Shown: in pieces, positions 10,701 through 19,576 of the stretch
Layout: the number at the start of each line of letters is the position of its first letter
Position numbering within the stretch: position 1 is the stretch's first letter
Assembly (NCBI GenBank): GCA_012730095.1
Contig: JAAYBO010000194.1
Span: forward strand, 1-45,553
Length of the DNA: 45,553 nucleotides
Source: Clostridiaceae bacterium
GTDB taxonomy: Bacteria > Bacillota > Clostridia > DSM-8532
Direction: 5' to 3'
Program-made: the position numbers and the translations under genes
Notes under the pieces: model-generated
What the model saw: only the letters and a program-made list of their open reading frames with translations
The model's database searches: none
What the model was told of the DNA's origin: nothing

Positions 10701-11504
10701 AAAAGAAAACAAAGTCTTTCCGTTTTTAAGGGAACGTGTTTCAATCCGGATAACCTTCCCCTTAACCGTTATCCGACCCGAATCAATTGTGACCTCGGAC
10801 ATCGGCACTGTTTCATCATTAAAAGCCTTTCCGTACATCACATTTGTATTTGAACCATTCTTTGATTTGTAAACTGATGTATTGTCCGATATTTTTTTGT
10901 TTCTATCTTTTTCGGCCTTTTCCGAATTGTATATGATTTTTTTCACCGTTTCCGCTTCTTTGATAACTTTATTCTTTATATAGCTGTTCCTGTCATTTTC
11001 ATCGAAAGGCGGATCGATAAATGATACACTAACGCTTTGGCCGAAACATGTTTTAAAAAATTTTTCCAATATTTTGTGACAATTACCCGCCTGTAAAATC
11101 ATACTGCCGTTTGTGGACAAATAAACATTTAAGTTTGTACCCTCAAGCACGAATCTCGCTTCTTCCAGAAAACAGGCATAATGTTCGGATTGTCCGGCCA
11201 TAATCCGGACAAAATCTTCTTTATAGCTATTAATAAAATCACAGTCTATCTTTTTCACTTCGAAATGCGGTATTACCAATACAGGCATATTAAAATAACT
11301 GCTGAGCGATTCTTCAAGAGTAAAAACTCTGTTAATTCGAACCACGTTTGGCAATTCGAGATGTATTTCCATCCTGCCGAATTTTTTATTGAACTTAACT
11401 TTTGAAATGAGAGCATTGTTAAAAGAATCGAAGAGTTCTTCATCAACAGTAATTTCATAAAAAACGTCCTTAAAAAGCCGCTTTTTATCTATCGTATTGT
11501 GCAT
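7767..11504 (-). CDS. polC: DNA polymerase III alpha subunit, PolC (Gram-positive) type, lacking the 3'-5' exonuclease insert
   Basis: PolC N-terminal domain and OB fold (VKGKVIRIETRSLKNGKTLFSFDITD). PHP motifs: ELHLHTKMSQMDA, ITDHG, GVEIY, FHAILL, GSACE, CDVHF. Zn finger HYRCENC...KCPKCG. Palm motifs PDIDLNFSGEYQ and LKLDILGHDDPT, plus KYMFPKAHAAAYV. Only about 20 aa sit where canonical PolC carries a ~190-aa DnaQ-like domain. Confidence 0.9.
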   Translation of the reverse strand: MHNTIDKKRLFKDVFYEITVDEELFDSFNNALISKVKFNKKFGRMEIHLELPNVVRINRVFTLEESLSSYFNMPVLVIPHFEVKKIDCDFINSYKEDFVRIMAGQSEHYACFLEEARFVLEGTNLNVYLSTNGSMILQAGNCHKILEKFFKTCFGQSVSVSFIDPPFDENDRNSYIKNKVIKEAETVKKIIYNSEKAEKDRNKKISDNTSVYKSKNGSNTNVMYGKAFNDETVPMSEVTIDSGRITVKGKVIRIETRSLKNGKTLFSFDITDYTHTLTIKCFLTERQLVSLNERIHPGDWLLVNGDAQYDTFSKELTIRAKAIMGTSIAERSDNAGQKRVELHLHTKMSQMDAITPVEAIVERAAKWGHKAIAITDHGVVQAFPDAHSAAKKHGIKLIYGVEIYLLGEEKKEKNGQIDYKNTDTFHAILLVENKTGLKNLYRLISESHLNYFYKRPRVPKSVLAKYREGLILGSACESGEVFRAVAAGKSEEEIIRTADLYDYLEIQPLKNNGFMVDSGEVSGYEELREYNRKIVEIGRVINKPVVATCDVHFLDPEDEIFRRILQAGQGYDDADNQAPLFFRTTEEMLSEFSYLGEETAFEVVVKNTQMISDRIDDITPIPEGTFPPCIDGAEEDIKNVSEEKAASLYGNPLPELVRKRLDKELNSIIKNGFSVMYIIARKLVSKSIKDGYLVGSRGSVGSSFVAYLTGITEVNSLPAHYRCENCLYSEFLDTGCGFDLPDKKCPKCGQLLTKDGYDIPFETFLGFDGDKEPDIDLNFSGEYQSKAHKYTEELFGKQHVFRAGTIATIAEKTAFGFVKGYLDEKGIMATNAEINRLVTGCTGIKRTTGQHPGGVMIVPHDMEIYDFSPVQRPADDVNSNIITTHFDYNAISGRILKLDILGHDDPTMIRMLQDITNVNPKTIPIGEKNTMEIFRSTEPLGVTAEEIGSEVGTFGIPEFGTRFVRQMLVETRPSTFSELVRISGLSHGTDVWTNNAQELVRNNIATLSGVITTRDDIMISLINNGIEPLSAFKIMEDVRKGKGLTEEYEEIMKKAGIPDWYIDSCKKIKYMFPKAHAAAYVMMAFRIAWFKVYYPHAFYSAYFTVRADEFDADIVSKGRDAVLRSIDELERKGNEATQREKNILTILEVANEMYARGINCLPVDLYKSDASRFIITDKGILPPLNTLQGLGEAAARRIADARDNGPFLSVDDLKIRAGVSKSVIEILDNHGCLDGMHQSNQICFL

Positions 11505-11622
11505 TATGTAATCCCCTTTTATTCTTTTGCAATTAAATCAAGAGTAAAAACAATCCATACCCAGTTTGTTTCTATTTTATCATAATGGCGGTTACGTGCA
11601 AGCATAATCAAACTAAATGCTA

Positions 11623-11651
11623 TTGACTCTATTACTTCTTTTATATATAAT
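11623..11651 (+). promoter_or_regulatory. Sigma-A-type promoter of marR-ABC operon (TTGACT-17-TATAAT)
   Basis: -35 TTGACT at 11623-11628, a 17-nt spacer, and -10 TATAAT at 11646-11651, about 60 nt upstream of the marR ATG. Confidence 0.5.
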
Positions 11652-11652
11652 A

Positions 11653-11679
11653 TTAAGCGTTTAATTGTTAAATGCTTAA
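11653..11679. promoter_or_regulatory. Palindromic candidate MarR operator
   Basis: TTAAGCGTTTAAtTgTTAAATGCTTAA has 11 of 13 positions symmetric. It sits immediately downstream of the -10 box, the usual place for an autoregulatory MarR site. Confidence 0.45.
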
Positions 11680-11712
11680 CTAAAGCAGTAACCGATGTAT
11701 AGGAGCAAATAA

Positions 11713-12219
11713 ATGCAGCGTAAAAAAACTGTCATATCCCTTGAAAAGCTTAATATAATCCGGCGTATACTCCGTCGTAAAGGAACAATAAACTTTCCCC
11801 TTTATCCCGGCCAGCTTCATATTCTGGAATTTGTCAAAACGTACAGCGGCTGTACACAGTCGGAGGTTGCTCAAAATTTACTTATTACACCTGCTTCCGT
11901 AGCTTTATCCACAAAGAGAATGGAAAAATCGGGCTTACTCAAAAAACAGCCGGATGATAAGAATTTGAGGTGCAAGAGGCTGTTTATAACCAAAAAGGGT
12001 GAACAATTATCATTACACTGCAGAAAAGTATTTGATGAGATAGATAATGCAATGCTTGAAGGTTTTTCGGAAGAAGAACTGGAAACTTTTAATAATTTTA
12101 TTGATAGATTTTTAGCAAACCTTACTAAAAAATACTCTTTGGATGTGGAAGATATGGACTTTTTCTCGTTATATGCCATGAGCAACATGATCAAATTCAA
12201 TAGAAAGAGGAAATCTTAA
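11713..12219 (+). CDS. MarR-family transcriptional regulator
   Basis: 168 aa. Winged-HTH region LHILEFVKTYSGCTQSEVAQNLLITPASVALSTKRMEKSGLLKKQPDDKNLRCKRLFITKKG. Abuts the ABC genes directly. Confidence 0.85.
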   Translation: MQRKKTVISLEKLNIIRRILRRKGTINFPLYPGQLHILEFVKTYSGCTQSEVAQNLLITPASVALSTKRMEKSGLLKKQPDDKNLRCKRLFITKKGEQLSLHCRKVFDEIDNAMLEGFSEEELETFNNFIDRFLANLTKKYSLDVEDMDFFSLYAMSNMIKFNRKRKS

Positions 12220-13959
12220 ATGATTAGAAAACTGTTTCCTTATATCGGAAAATATAAAATATATGCAATCCTCGCTCCCATTGCAGTTATCGTTGAAGTA
12301 TTTCTTGAAGTAAACATACCGCGTATAATGGCAAAAATAGTCGATATCGGAATAGCAAACCGTAATTTGGATTATATTCTCAAAATGGGCGCTATGATGA
12401 TTATAATGGCTCTTGCTTCACTTATCCTCGGAGCCCTTGCCGCCCGATTTGCTTCGGTTGCAAGCAGCGGTTTTGCAAAGGAAATACGAAGAAACATGTT
12501 TTACAAAATTCAGGATTATTCTTTTGCCAATATGGATAAATTTCCTACATCATCTCTGATAACAAGGCTTACGACCGACGTAACAAATACCCAAATGACT
12601 TTTATGATGATGATCCGCATGATGATTAGAGCACCTATCATGTTAATTATGGCAACATTTATGGCAGTGTCGATAAATGCAAGATTATCTTTAGTTTTTA
12701 TGTTTGCGATACCTTTTATGGCTATAGCATTGTATTTCATTGCAACAAGAGCTTACCCGAAATTCAGGGCGATGTTCAAAAAATTGGACCGGATGAATGC
12801 CGTTATTCAGGAAAACCTTATTGGGATACGTGTTGTGAAGGCTTTTGTAAGAGGCGAATATGAAGAGGAAAAATTTAAGGATATTGCCGATCAGGTACGC
12901 GAAACTCAATTGCGTGCCGAACGTACTGTGATATGGAATATGCCTATCATGCAATTTGCGATGTATGGCTGTATGCTCGCAATTTCCTGGTTCGGAGGGA
13001 ATTTAATCATATCCGGAAATATGTTAGAAGGCGAATTAATGGGGTTTATCAGTTATGTAACCCAAATACTTATGTCTCTTATGATGATTTCAATGGTTTT
13101 CGTAATGTTAGTTATTTCAAGAGCTTCTGTATCACGTATAGTCGAAGTTATGGACGAAAAACCGGACATAACGGAAAAACCGGATCCGGAGGTATTGTTA
13201 GAAGATGGGTCGATAAGATTTGAAAATGTTTCATTCGGTTATGGGGGACCTGACGGTAATAAAGTCCTTGAAAACATAAACTTAAATATAAAATCCGGCG
13301 AAGTCGCAGGCATTATCGGCGGGACAGGCTCGGCAAAAACCACCCTCGTCCAGTTAATTCCAAGGCTTTATGACGTTATTGACGGAAGGGTTTTCGTGTC
13401 TGGCCGTGATGTAAGGGATTATTCTTTAAAAACACTACGAAATGCCGTTGCGATGGTTCTGCAAAAGAACGTGCTTTTTTCCGGAACAATAAAGGAAAAT
13501 TTGAAATGGGGAAACGAAAATGCTTCGGATGAAGAGATTATAGAGGCTTGTAAAGCAGCCCAGGCTCATGATTTTATCATGTCTTTCCCGAACGGTTATG
13601 ATACGGTGCTCGGGCAGGGCGGAGTGAACGTATCCGGCGGACAAAAGCAGCGCCTTTGCATAGCGAGGGCTCTTTTGAAAAAACCGAAAATAATAATACT
13701 TGATGACAGTACAAGCGCAGTGGATACCGTTACCGATGCTAAAATCCGCGAGGCTCTGAAAAAAAACCTTGCAGGAACTACTGTAATCATTATCGCCCAA
13801 AGAATCGCATCTGTTATTGATGCGGACAAAATTATTGTAATGGACGACGGAAAGATCAATGCGATTGGGTCGCATAAAAACCTTATTGAAACAAATCCGA
13901 TTTACAGAGAAGTATATGAATCGCAGCAGGAAGGAGTTGTTGAAAATGCCGGGGCCTAA
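12220..13959 (+). CDS. ABC exporter, fused permease/ATPase (half of a heterodimeric multidrug-type exporter)
   Basis: Six-helix TMD followed by an NBD with Walker A GGTGSAKTT, signature VSGGQKQR and Walker B IIILDDSTSAVD. Confidence 0.9.
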   Translation: MIRKLFPYIGKYKIYAILAPIAVIVEVFLEVNIPRIMAKIVDIGIANRNLDYILKMGAMMIIMALASLILGALAARFASVASSGFAKEIRRNMFYKIQDYSFANMDKFPTSSLITRLTTDVTNTQMTFMMMIRMMIRAPIMLIMATFMAVSINARLSLVFMFAIPFMAIALYFIATRAYPKFRAMFKKLDRMNAVIQENLIGIRVVKAFVRGEYEEEKFKDIADQVRETQLRAERTVIWNMPIMQFAMYGCMLAISWFGGNLIISGNMLEGELMGFISYVTQILMSLMMISMVFVMLVISRASVSRIVEVMDEKPDITEKPDPEVLLEDGSIRFENVSFGYGGPDGNKVLENINLNIKSGEVAGIIGGTGSAKTTLVQLIPRLYDVIDGRVFVSGRDVRDYSLKTLRNAVAMVLQKNVLFSGTIKENLKWGNENASDEEIIEACKAAQAHDFIMSFPNGYDTVLGQGGVNVSGGQKQRLCIARALLKKPKIIILDDSTSAVDTVTDAKIREALKKNLAGTTVIIIAQRIASVIDADKIIVMDDGKINAIGSHKNLIETNPIYREVYESQQEGVVENAGA

Positions 13960-15832
13960 ACATGCAATACGAAACATCAAGCCTAAAAACGCACTTAAAA
14001 CAATAAAACGGATAATCTCATACATGAAGCCCTACCGCGCTCATCTGATACTTGTTATCGTATGTGTATTAATCAGTGTCGCATCCAATATTGCGGCGAC
14101 ATATTTTTTAAAACCATTATTCAACCGGTATATAATTCCGTTTATCGGCCAGCAAAACCCCAATTTGTCGGAGTTTATCCGAATGATTCTGATAATGGGC
14201 ACCATATATGTAATTGGAGTTCTCGCGACATACGGTTACAACCGCCTTATGGTCGCAGTAACTACAGGCACTTTATACAGAATCCGGACCGAACTTTTTT
14301 CTCATATGCAGACACTGCCGATACGCTATTTTGATACGAATACGCACGGCGAATTAATGAGCAGATATACAAATGACACCGATGCACTTCGTAATATGCT
14401 CTCCCAGAGTTTTGTCCACGTTTTTCAGTCAATGCTTACAATAAGCGGAGTTTTTACGGCAATGCTGTTATTAAGCCCGCTCCTTACAGTTATTGTCGTA
14501 TTAATGCTTTTTGTTATGATAATTATTGTTAAAAAGTTGGGTGCAAAAAGAGGTAAATATTTCAGGGAACGGCAAATGGCTGTCGGAAAGGTTAACGGAT
14601 ATATCGAGGAACTTATTGAAGGGCAGAAAGTTGTTAAGGTTTTTTGTCATGAAAATAAGGTAAAGGCAGACTTTGACAAGCTTAACGGGGAATTGTTCGA
14701 AGCTGCGAAACAAGCAAATACTTTCGCAAGCATGCTAAGGCCTATTATGGGTAATCTATCATATATACATTATTCGATTACCGCAATAGCAGGCGCGGTA
14801 ATGTCAATTACGATGGGGCTTGACATAGGTTCTCTTGCATCGTTCCTTCAATATACAAGATCATTTTCCCAGCCTGTGACAATGATGAGTGAGCAGTTTA
14901 ACTCAATACTTATGGCTTTGGCCGGTGCTGAGCGCATATTTGACATGCTTGATCAGGAACCGGAAACAGACGAAGGGTTTGTAACATTGGTAAACGCGGA
15001 AAAAAATGAAAAAGGTGAAATACGCGAATCCGCACAGAGAACGGGGCTTTGGGCGTGGAAGATCCCTGAAGGCGGTGGCGTCGTAGCATATAAAGAGGTA
15101 AAAGGTGATATTAGGTTTTCAAATGTTGTTTTCGGATATGAGAAAAACAAGACGGTGCTATCAGGGATAACACTGTATGCAAAGCCGGGACAGAAAATTG
15201 CGTTTGTCGGTTCCACCGGTGCCGGTAAAACAACAGTTACAAATCTGATAAATCGTTTTTACGATGTGCCCGACGGCGCAATACTGTATGACGGTATACC
15301 TATAAATAATATTAAAAAGCAGGATTTACGCCGCTCATTGTCGATGGTGTTGCAGGATACACATCTGTTTACCGGAACTGTAATGGAGAATATACGATAC
15401 GGAAGACTGGATGCAACCGACGAAGAAGTTATTGAAGCTGCTAAATTAGCTAATGCCGATTCATTCATAAGGCACCTGCCGCAAGGCTATAACACGCTTC
15501 TTACTGCGGATGGCATGAATTTAAGTCAGGGTCAAAGGCAGCTGCTGGCCATAGCCCGTGCGGCCGTCGCCGATCCTCCGGTCCTTATTCTTGACGAGGC
15601 AACAAGTTCGATAGACACACGAACAGAGGCTTTGATTGAAAAGGGTATGGACAAACTCATGGAAGGAAGAACGGTATTTGTTATAGCGCACCGGCTGTCA
15701 ACCGTACGCAATTCGAACGCGATAATTGTCCTTGAAAACGGCTCAATTGTTGAACGCGGTGATCATGAGAATCTTATAAGACAAGGCGGCAGGTATTATC
15801 AATTGTACACCGGCCTGCTTGAATTGGCTTAA
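13946..15832 (+). CDS. ABC exporter, fused permease/ATPase (second half of the heterodimer)
   Basis: The track ORF starts at 13859, but the ATG at 13946 (MPGPKH...) follows GAAGGAG and overlaps the upstream stop by 14 nt. Walker A GSTGAGKTT, signature LSQGQRQ, Walker B VLILDEATSSID. Confidence 0.9.
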   Translation: MPGPKHAIRNIKPKNALKTIKRIISYMKPYRAHLILVIVCVLISVASNIAATYFLKPLFNRYIIPFIGQQNPNLSEFIRMILIMGTIYVIGVLATYGYNRLMVAVTTGTLYRIRTELFSHMQTLPIRYFDTNTHGELMSRYTNDTDALRNMLSQSFVHVFQSMLTISGVFTAMLLLSPLLTVIVVLMLFVMIIIVKKLGAKRGKYFRERQMAVGKVNGYIEELIEGQKVVKVFCHENKVKADFDKLNGELFEAAKQANTFASMLRPIMGNLSYIHYSITAIAGAVMSITMGLDIGSLASFLQYTRSFSQPVTMMSEQFNSILMALAGAERIFDMLDQEPETDEGFVTLVNAEKNEKGEIRESAQRTGLWAWKIPEGGGVVAYKEVKGDIRFSNVVFGYEKNKTVLSGITLYAKPGQKIAFVGSTGAGKTTVTNLINRFYDVPDGAILYDGIPINNIKKQDLRRSLSMVLQDTHLFTGTVMENIRYGRLDATDEEVIEAAKLANADSFIRHLPQGYNTLLTADGMNLSQGQRQLLAIARAAVADPPVLILDEATSSIDTRTEALIEKGMDKLMEGRTVFVIAHRLSTVRNSNAIIVLENGSIVERGDHENLIRQGGRYYQLYTGLLELA

Positions 15833-15893
15833 AATAGTTTGCACAAGAGATTTGAAATATTTTTGTCCGGTGTCTGTGAAAGTATAGGAACTG

Positions 15894-16442
15894 CTAATTA
15901 ATTATGCCCAGTTCGCCAAACGGAAACAGCCGGAAAACAACCCTGCCTTCCACCCTGCTTGTCGAAACCGGGCCGAATGTTCTGCTGTCCTTGCTTTCAC
16001 CGGGTAATCGGTTATCCCCTAAAACATAAATATGGCCTTGAGGAACCGTCAGATCGTTATGGATGCTCGAAAACGGACCCATTGCAACCCCGCCTGTATA
16101 ATCTTCATTAAGCTTATTTCCGTTAACAAGTACATACCCGTCCTTTATCGCGATATGCTGGCCACCTGTAGCAATAATTCTTTTTATCGCATATGTTTTT
16201 TTGTCGTCAAGGTATTCCGGGATTTTTATTACCACTACATCCCCGTTTTTCAACGTTCCAAACCTCTGGGTCAGTTTCTCGATTAGCAGTATCGTGTTGT
16301 TTTTAAAAGTCGGCAGCATTGAATCGCCTTTGACGAGGGTAAACTGGGCTATATAAGTTACGACAAAAAAAGTAATTATGATGGCCGGCGCAATTTGCGC
16401 CAGCCAGCGTATTATTCCTTTTGCAACCGGACTTTTGAACAT
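15894..16442 (-). CDS. lepB: Signal peptidase I
   Basis: N-terminal TM anchor, catalytic Ser box GDSMLPT, Lys box AIKRIIA, and GDNRLPGESKDSR. The start overlaps the aspS stop (ATGA at 16441-16444). Confidence 0.9.
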   Translation of the reverse strand: MFKSPVAKGIIRWLAQIAPAIIITFFVVTYIAQFTLVKGDSMLPTFKNNTILLIEKLTQRFGTLKNGDVVVIKIPEYLDDKKTYAIKRIIATGGQHIAIKDGYVLVNGNKLNEDYTGGVAMGPFSSIHNDLTVPQGHIYVLGDNRLPGESKDSRTFGPVSTSRVEGRVVFRLFPFGELGIIN

Positions 16443-18229
16443 CAGTCTGCCTCCAGCGTTCGTATATGAAGTTCTCTCAATTGCTTAATCTCAACACTGT
16501 CCGGTGCTCCGGTCATCAGGCATGAAGCGTTTTGGACTTTCGGAAATGCGATTACATCCCTAATCGAATTCCTGTTTGCCATCAGCATTATAAGCCTGTC
16601 AAGGCCAAAAGCCAAACCGCCGTGCGGAGGCGTCCCATATTTAAACGCTTCAAGCAGAAAACCGAACCGTTTTTGGGCTTCTTCTTCAGGAAGACCGATA
16701 ATTGAAAACATTTTTTTCTGAAGCTCCTGATCATGTATCCTTATACTCCCGCCGCCAATCTCCACACCATTTAAAACTATATCGTAAGCTTTGGCTCGAA
16801 CCCTTTTAGGTTCCGAATCCAATAAACCAATGTCTTCATCCATTGGCGAAGTAAACGGATGGTGTTTTGCAACCCATCTTTTTTCCTCGTCGTCATATTC
16901 TAACAGTGGAAATTCAGTTACCCAGAGTAAATTAATTTTGCTGTCATCAATCAAATTCAATTTTGCCGCAATTTCCATGCGCAAATGGCTTAGGGCGTCA
17001 AAAACTATTTCATCGTCATCCGCTATAAAGCAGATCAGATCTCCCGGTTCGGCTTTCATACGATTTATAATCTGACTAATCTCATCTTCGCTCATAAATT
17101 TGGTTATAGCTGATTTCAAGCCGTTTTCCTCCACGGCAATCCAGGCCATTCCCTTTGCTCCGTATAATTTTGCAAATTCTATAAGCGCATCTATTTCCCT
17201 GCGCGCAAATTTGAAGCCGCAGCCTTTGGCATTGATTGCCCTCACGCTTCCGCCCTTTGATACCGCATCGGAAAATACCTTAAAGCCCGAGTTCTCAACA
17301 ATATCCGAAAGATTCACAAGCTCAAGACCAAAACGGGTGTCCGGCTTATCGGTACCAAACCTGTCCATAGCTTCTTTATATGTCAGACGCATAAACGGTG
17401 TATCCAGTTTTATTCCCAGCACCTTATCGAATGCACGTTTTAAAAAACCCTCGTTTATTGCAATGACGTCATCAACATCAACAAATGACATTTCAAGGTC
17501 TATCTGCGTAAATTCCGGCTGTCTGTCGGAACGTAAATCCTCATCCCTGAAGCATCTGGCAATCTGAAAATACCGGTCGTAACCCGAAACCATCAGGATT
17601 TGCTTGAAAATCTGAGGGGATTGGGGCAGCGCATAGAATTTACCGGGGTGTACACGGCTTGGCACAAGATAATCCCTTGCTCCTTCCGGTGTGCTTTTCA
17701 TAAGAATCGGTGTTTCTATCTCCAAAAAGCCTTGTTCATCAAAATAGTCCCTTGCTATTTTTGTTACCTTATGTCGGAGCATTAAATTCTTTTGCATATC
17801 AGGCCGGCGCAGATCAAGAAACCTGTATTTTAACCTTACCGCTTCATTGGTTTCAACATTCTCTTCAATAAGCACCGGAGGTGTTGCGGCTTTGCTTAAA
17901 ATTCTGAGTTCTTTCGCGACAAGCTCCCATTTTCCGGTTTTTATAGAGGGATTTATCGTATCTTCGGAGCGGTTCACCAAAACACCCTTTATCGCAAGGA
18001 CATATTCGCTTCGAATTTGTTCTGCCTTAGCGTGAAGCGCGCTGTCGGTTTCAACATTGAAAACAACCTGTAAAACACCGCTTCTGTCTCTTAAATCTAT
18101 AAAAATAACCCCGCCAAGATCCCTTCTTTTATGTGCCCAACCCATCACAACAACTTCCCTGCCGATATCTTCCGACGTAACCTCGGCACAGCGGTGGGTT
18201 CTTTTCATTCCTTTAATGTTTTCAGCCAT
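16442..18229 (-). CDS. aspS: Aspartate--tRNA ligase
   Basis: 595 aa. Class IIb motifs FYALPQSPQ, RCFRDEDLRSDRQPEFTQID and GGLAFGLDR. Bacterial-type insertion domain present. Confidence 0.95.
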   Translation of the reverse strand: MAENIKGMKRTHRCAEVTSEDIGREVVVMGWAHKRRDLGGVIFIDLRDRSGVLQVVFNVETDSALHAKAEQIRSEYVLAIKGVLVNRSEDTINPSIKTGKWELVAKELRILSKAATPPVLIEENVETNEAVRLKYRFLDLRRPDMQKNLMLRHKVTKIARDYFDEQGFLEIETPILMKSTPEGARDYLVPSRVHPGKFYALPQSPQIFKQILMVSGYDRYFQIARCFRDEDLRSDRQPEFTQIDLEMSFVDVDDVIAINEGFLKRAFDKVLGIKLDTPFMRLTYKEAMDRFGTDKPDTRFGLELVNLSDIVENSGFKVFSDAVSKGGSVRAINAKGCGFKFARREIDALIEFAKLYGAKGMAWIAVEENGLKSAITKFMSEDEISQIINRMKAEPGDLICFIADDDEIVFDALSHLRMEIAAKLNLIDDSKINLLWVTEFPLLEYDDEEKRWVAKHHPFTSPMDEDIGLLDSEPKRVRAKAYDIVLNGVEIGGGSIRIHDQELQKKMFSIIGLPEEEAQKRFGFLLEAFKYGTPPHGGLAFGLDRLIMLMANRNSIRDVIAFPKVQNASCLMTGAPDSVEIKQLRELHIRTLEAD

Positions 18230-18247
18230 ATACTATCTCTCCTTTTT

Positions 18248-19519
18248 TTATGAATTTACCTGCTTAAATTTTTTTAGCCTGTCTAACAGCGTATCTATGT
18301 TAATCATTCTTACTTCTCCGGAACTCATATCCTTTAGTTCAGCCTTTCCGCTTTCAACCTCGTCATCACCTATAACAACAACCAATCTTGCATTGAGCTT
18401 GTTCGCGTATTTCATCTGGGCTTTGACACTTCGACCCATTATATCCTTATGGCATGTAATCCCGTCGGAACGAAGTTTTAATGCCAGGTTTTCGGCAAAA
18501 AGGTTTGCTTTATATCCAATAACACCGATAAATATGTCGGGAGAAGACGGCAAAGGCACATCTATCCCCTGGCTGTCCATTTCAAGAAGCAGTCTTTCAA
18601 TACCAAGGGCAAAACCTATACCCGGTGTGGGACTGCCTCCGCAAGACTCAATAAGACCGTCATATCTGCCGCCGCCGCATACGGTTCCCTGCGAACCTAT
18701 GTTTTTTGAAACAAATTCAAAAACAGTACGAGTATAATAATCCAAACCGCGGACTATCTTTTTATCAATAGTAAACGGTATCCCCATTGCATACAGCTTT
18801 TCCTTTACCTTTTCAAAATGATCGGCGCAGTCACTGCAAATATAATCGAGCAAATAAGGGACATCCTTCAATTCATTTATGCATCCCTGTTCCTTACAGT
18901 CAAGAATCCTCAAAGGGTTCCTTTGATATCTGTCAATGCAGTCTTCGCAGAGCCGGTTCAGCCTCGGTTCGATAAAAGCTTTCAGCGTCTTGTTATAATC
19001 CGCTCGGCATGATGGGCAGCCTATGCTGTTCAGGTTCAGAGAAAGCTCCCTGATTCCAATCGACTCTAAAAACAGATATAAAAGGGATATCACCTCGACA
19101 TCCGCATCGGCTTCCGGAGATCCAAAAAGCTCAACTCCCAATTGGTGGAATTCACGATACCGGCCTTTTTGAACATTTTCATAACGGTATGCCGTAATAT
19201 TGTAAAAAAGCTTTACCGGCTGCGGCCATGAAGCCATTCCGTTTTCAATATAACTTCTGACAACACCCGCGGTTCCTTCAGGCCTTAAGGTAATACTCCT
19301 ACCACCTTTATCGTTAAAAGTATACATTTCTTTTTGGACAATATCCGTGGTATCACCAACCCCTCGCTGAAAAAGCTCCGTATGCTCGAAAAGCGGTATA
19401 CGGATCTCTTGGAATCCGAATCTGCTGCATATGTCACTGAATTTATCTTCCACGTAATGCCATCTGTGTATTTCATCAGGCAGAATATCCCTCGTTCCTT
19501 TAGGCGCTTTAATTAACAT
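18248..19519 (-). CDS. hisS: Histidine--tRNA ligase
   Basis: 423 aa. Starts KGTRDILP. Contains LRPEGTAGVVR, YRYENVQKGRYREFHQ, GGGRYDGL and a C-terminal anticodon-binding domain. Confidence 0.95.
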   Translation of the reverse strand: MLIKAPKGTRDILPDEIHRWHYVEDKFSDICSRFGFQEIRIPLFEHTELFQRGVGDTTDIVQKEMYTFNDKGGRSITLRPEGTAGVVRSYIENGMASWPQPVKLFYNITAYRYENVQKGRYREFHQLGVELFGSPEADADVEVISLLYLFLESIGIRELSLNLNSIGCPSCRADYNKTLKAFIEPRLNRLCEDCIDRYQRNPLRILDCKEQGCINELKDVPYLLDYICSDCADHFEKVKEKLYAMGIPFTIDKKIVRGLDYYTRTVFEFVSKNIGSQGTVCGGGRYDGLIESCGGSPTPGIGFALGIERLLLEMDSQGIDVPLPSSPDIFIGVIGYKANLFAENLALKLRSDGITCHKDIMGRSVKAQMKYANKLNARLVVVIGDDEVESGKAELKDMSSGEVRMINIDTLLDRLKKFKQVNS

Positions 19520-19576
19520 TTACATCACCCCAATTACTATTATTCGCTTCTTCATGCCGTATAATCTTTTTTAAAC

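Noticed and set aside
7948-11405. About ten ORFs of 60-112 aa on the plus strand inside the polC region
   Set aside because: All lie antisense to a 1245-aa ORF with unmistakable PolC motifs. They have no RBS and are low-complexity Ser/Phe/Ile-rich translations typical of shadow frames.
13859-13945. Upstream extension of the second ABC gene (track start at 13859); likewise 4065 for dctP, 5306 for dctQ, 7146 for the ycxB-like gene, 36322 for flhA and 34245 for flhF
   Set aside because: The extensions overlap the preceding gene or lack an RBS. In each case an internal ATG with a good Shine-Dalgarno sequence gives the expected N-terminus (signal peptide or conserved start).
16791-18737. Plus-strand ORFs antisense to aspS and hisS, including a 226-aa ORF at 18057-18737 that spans the aspS/hisS junction
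   Set aside because: They lie opposite two highly conserved tRNA-ligase genes. Their Ser/Leu/Pro-rich composition shows no motifs. These are shadow ORFs.
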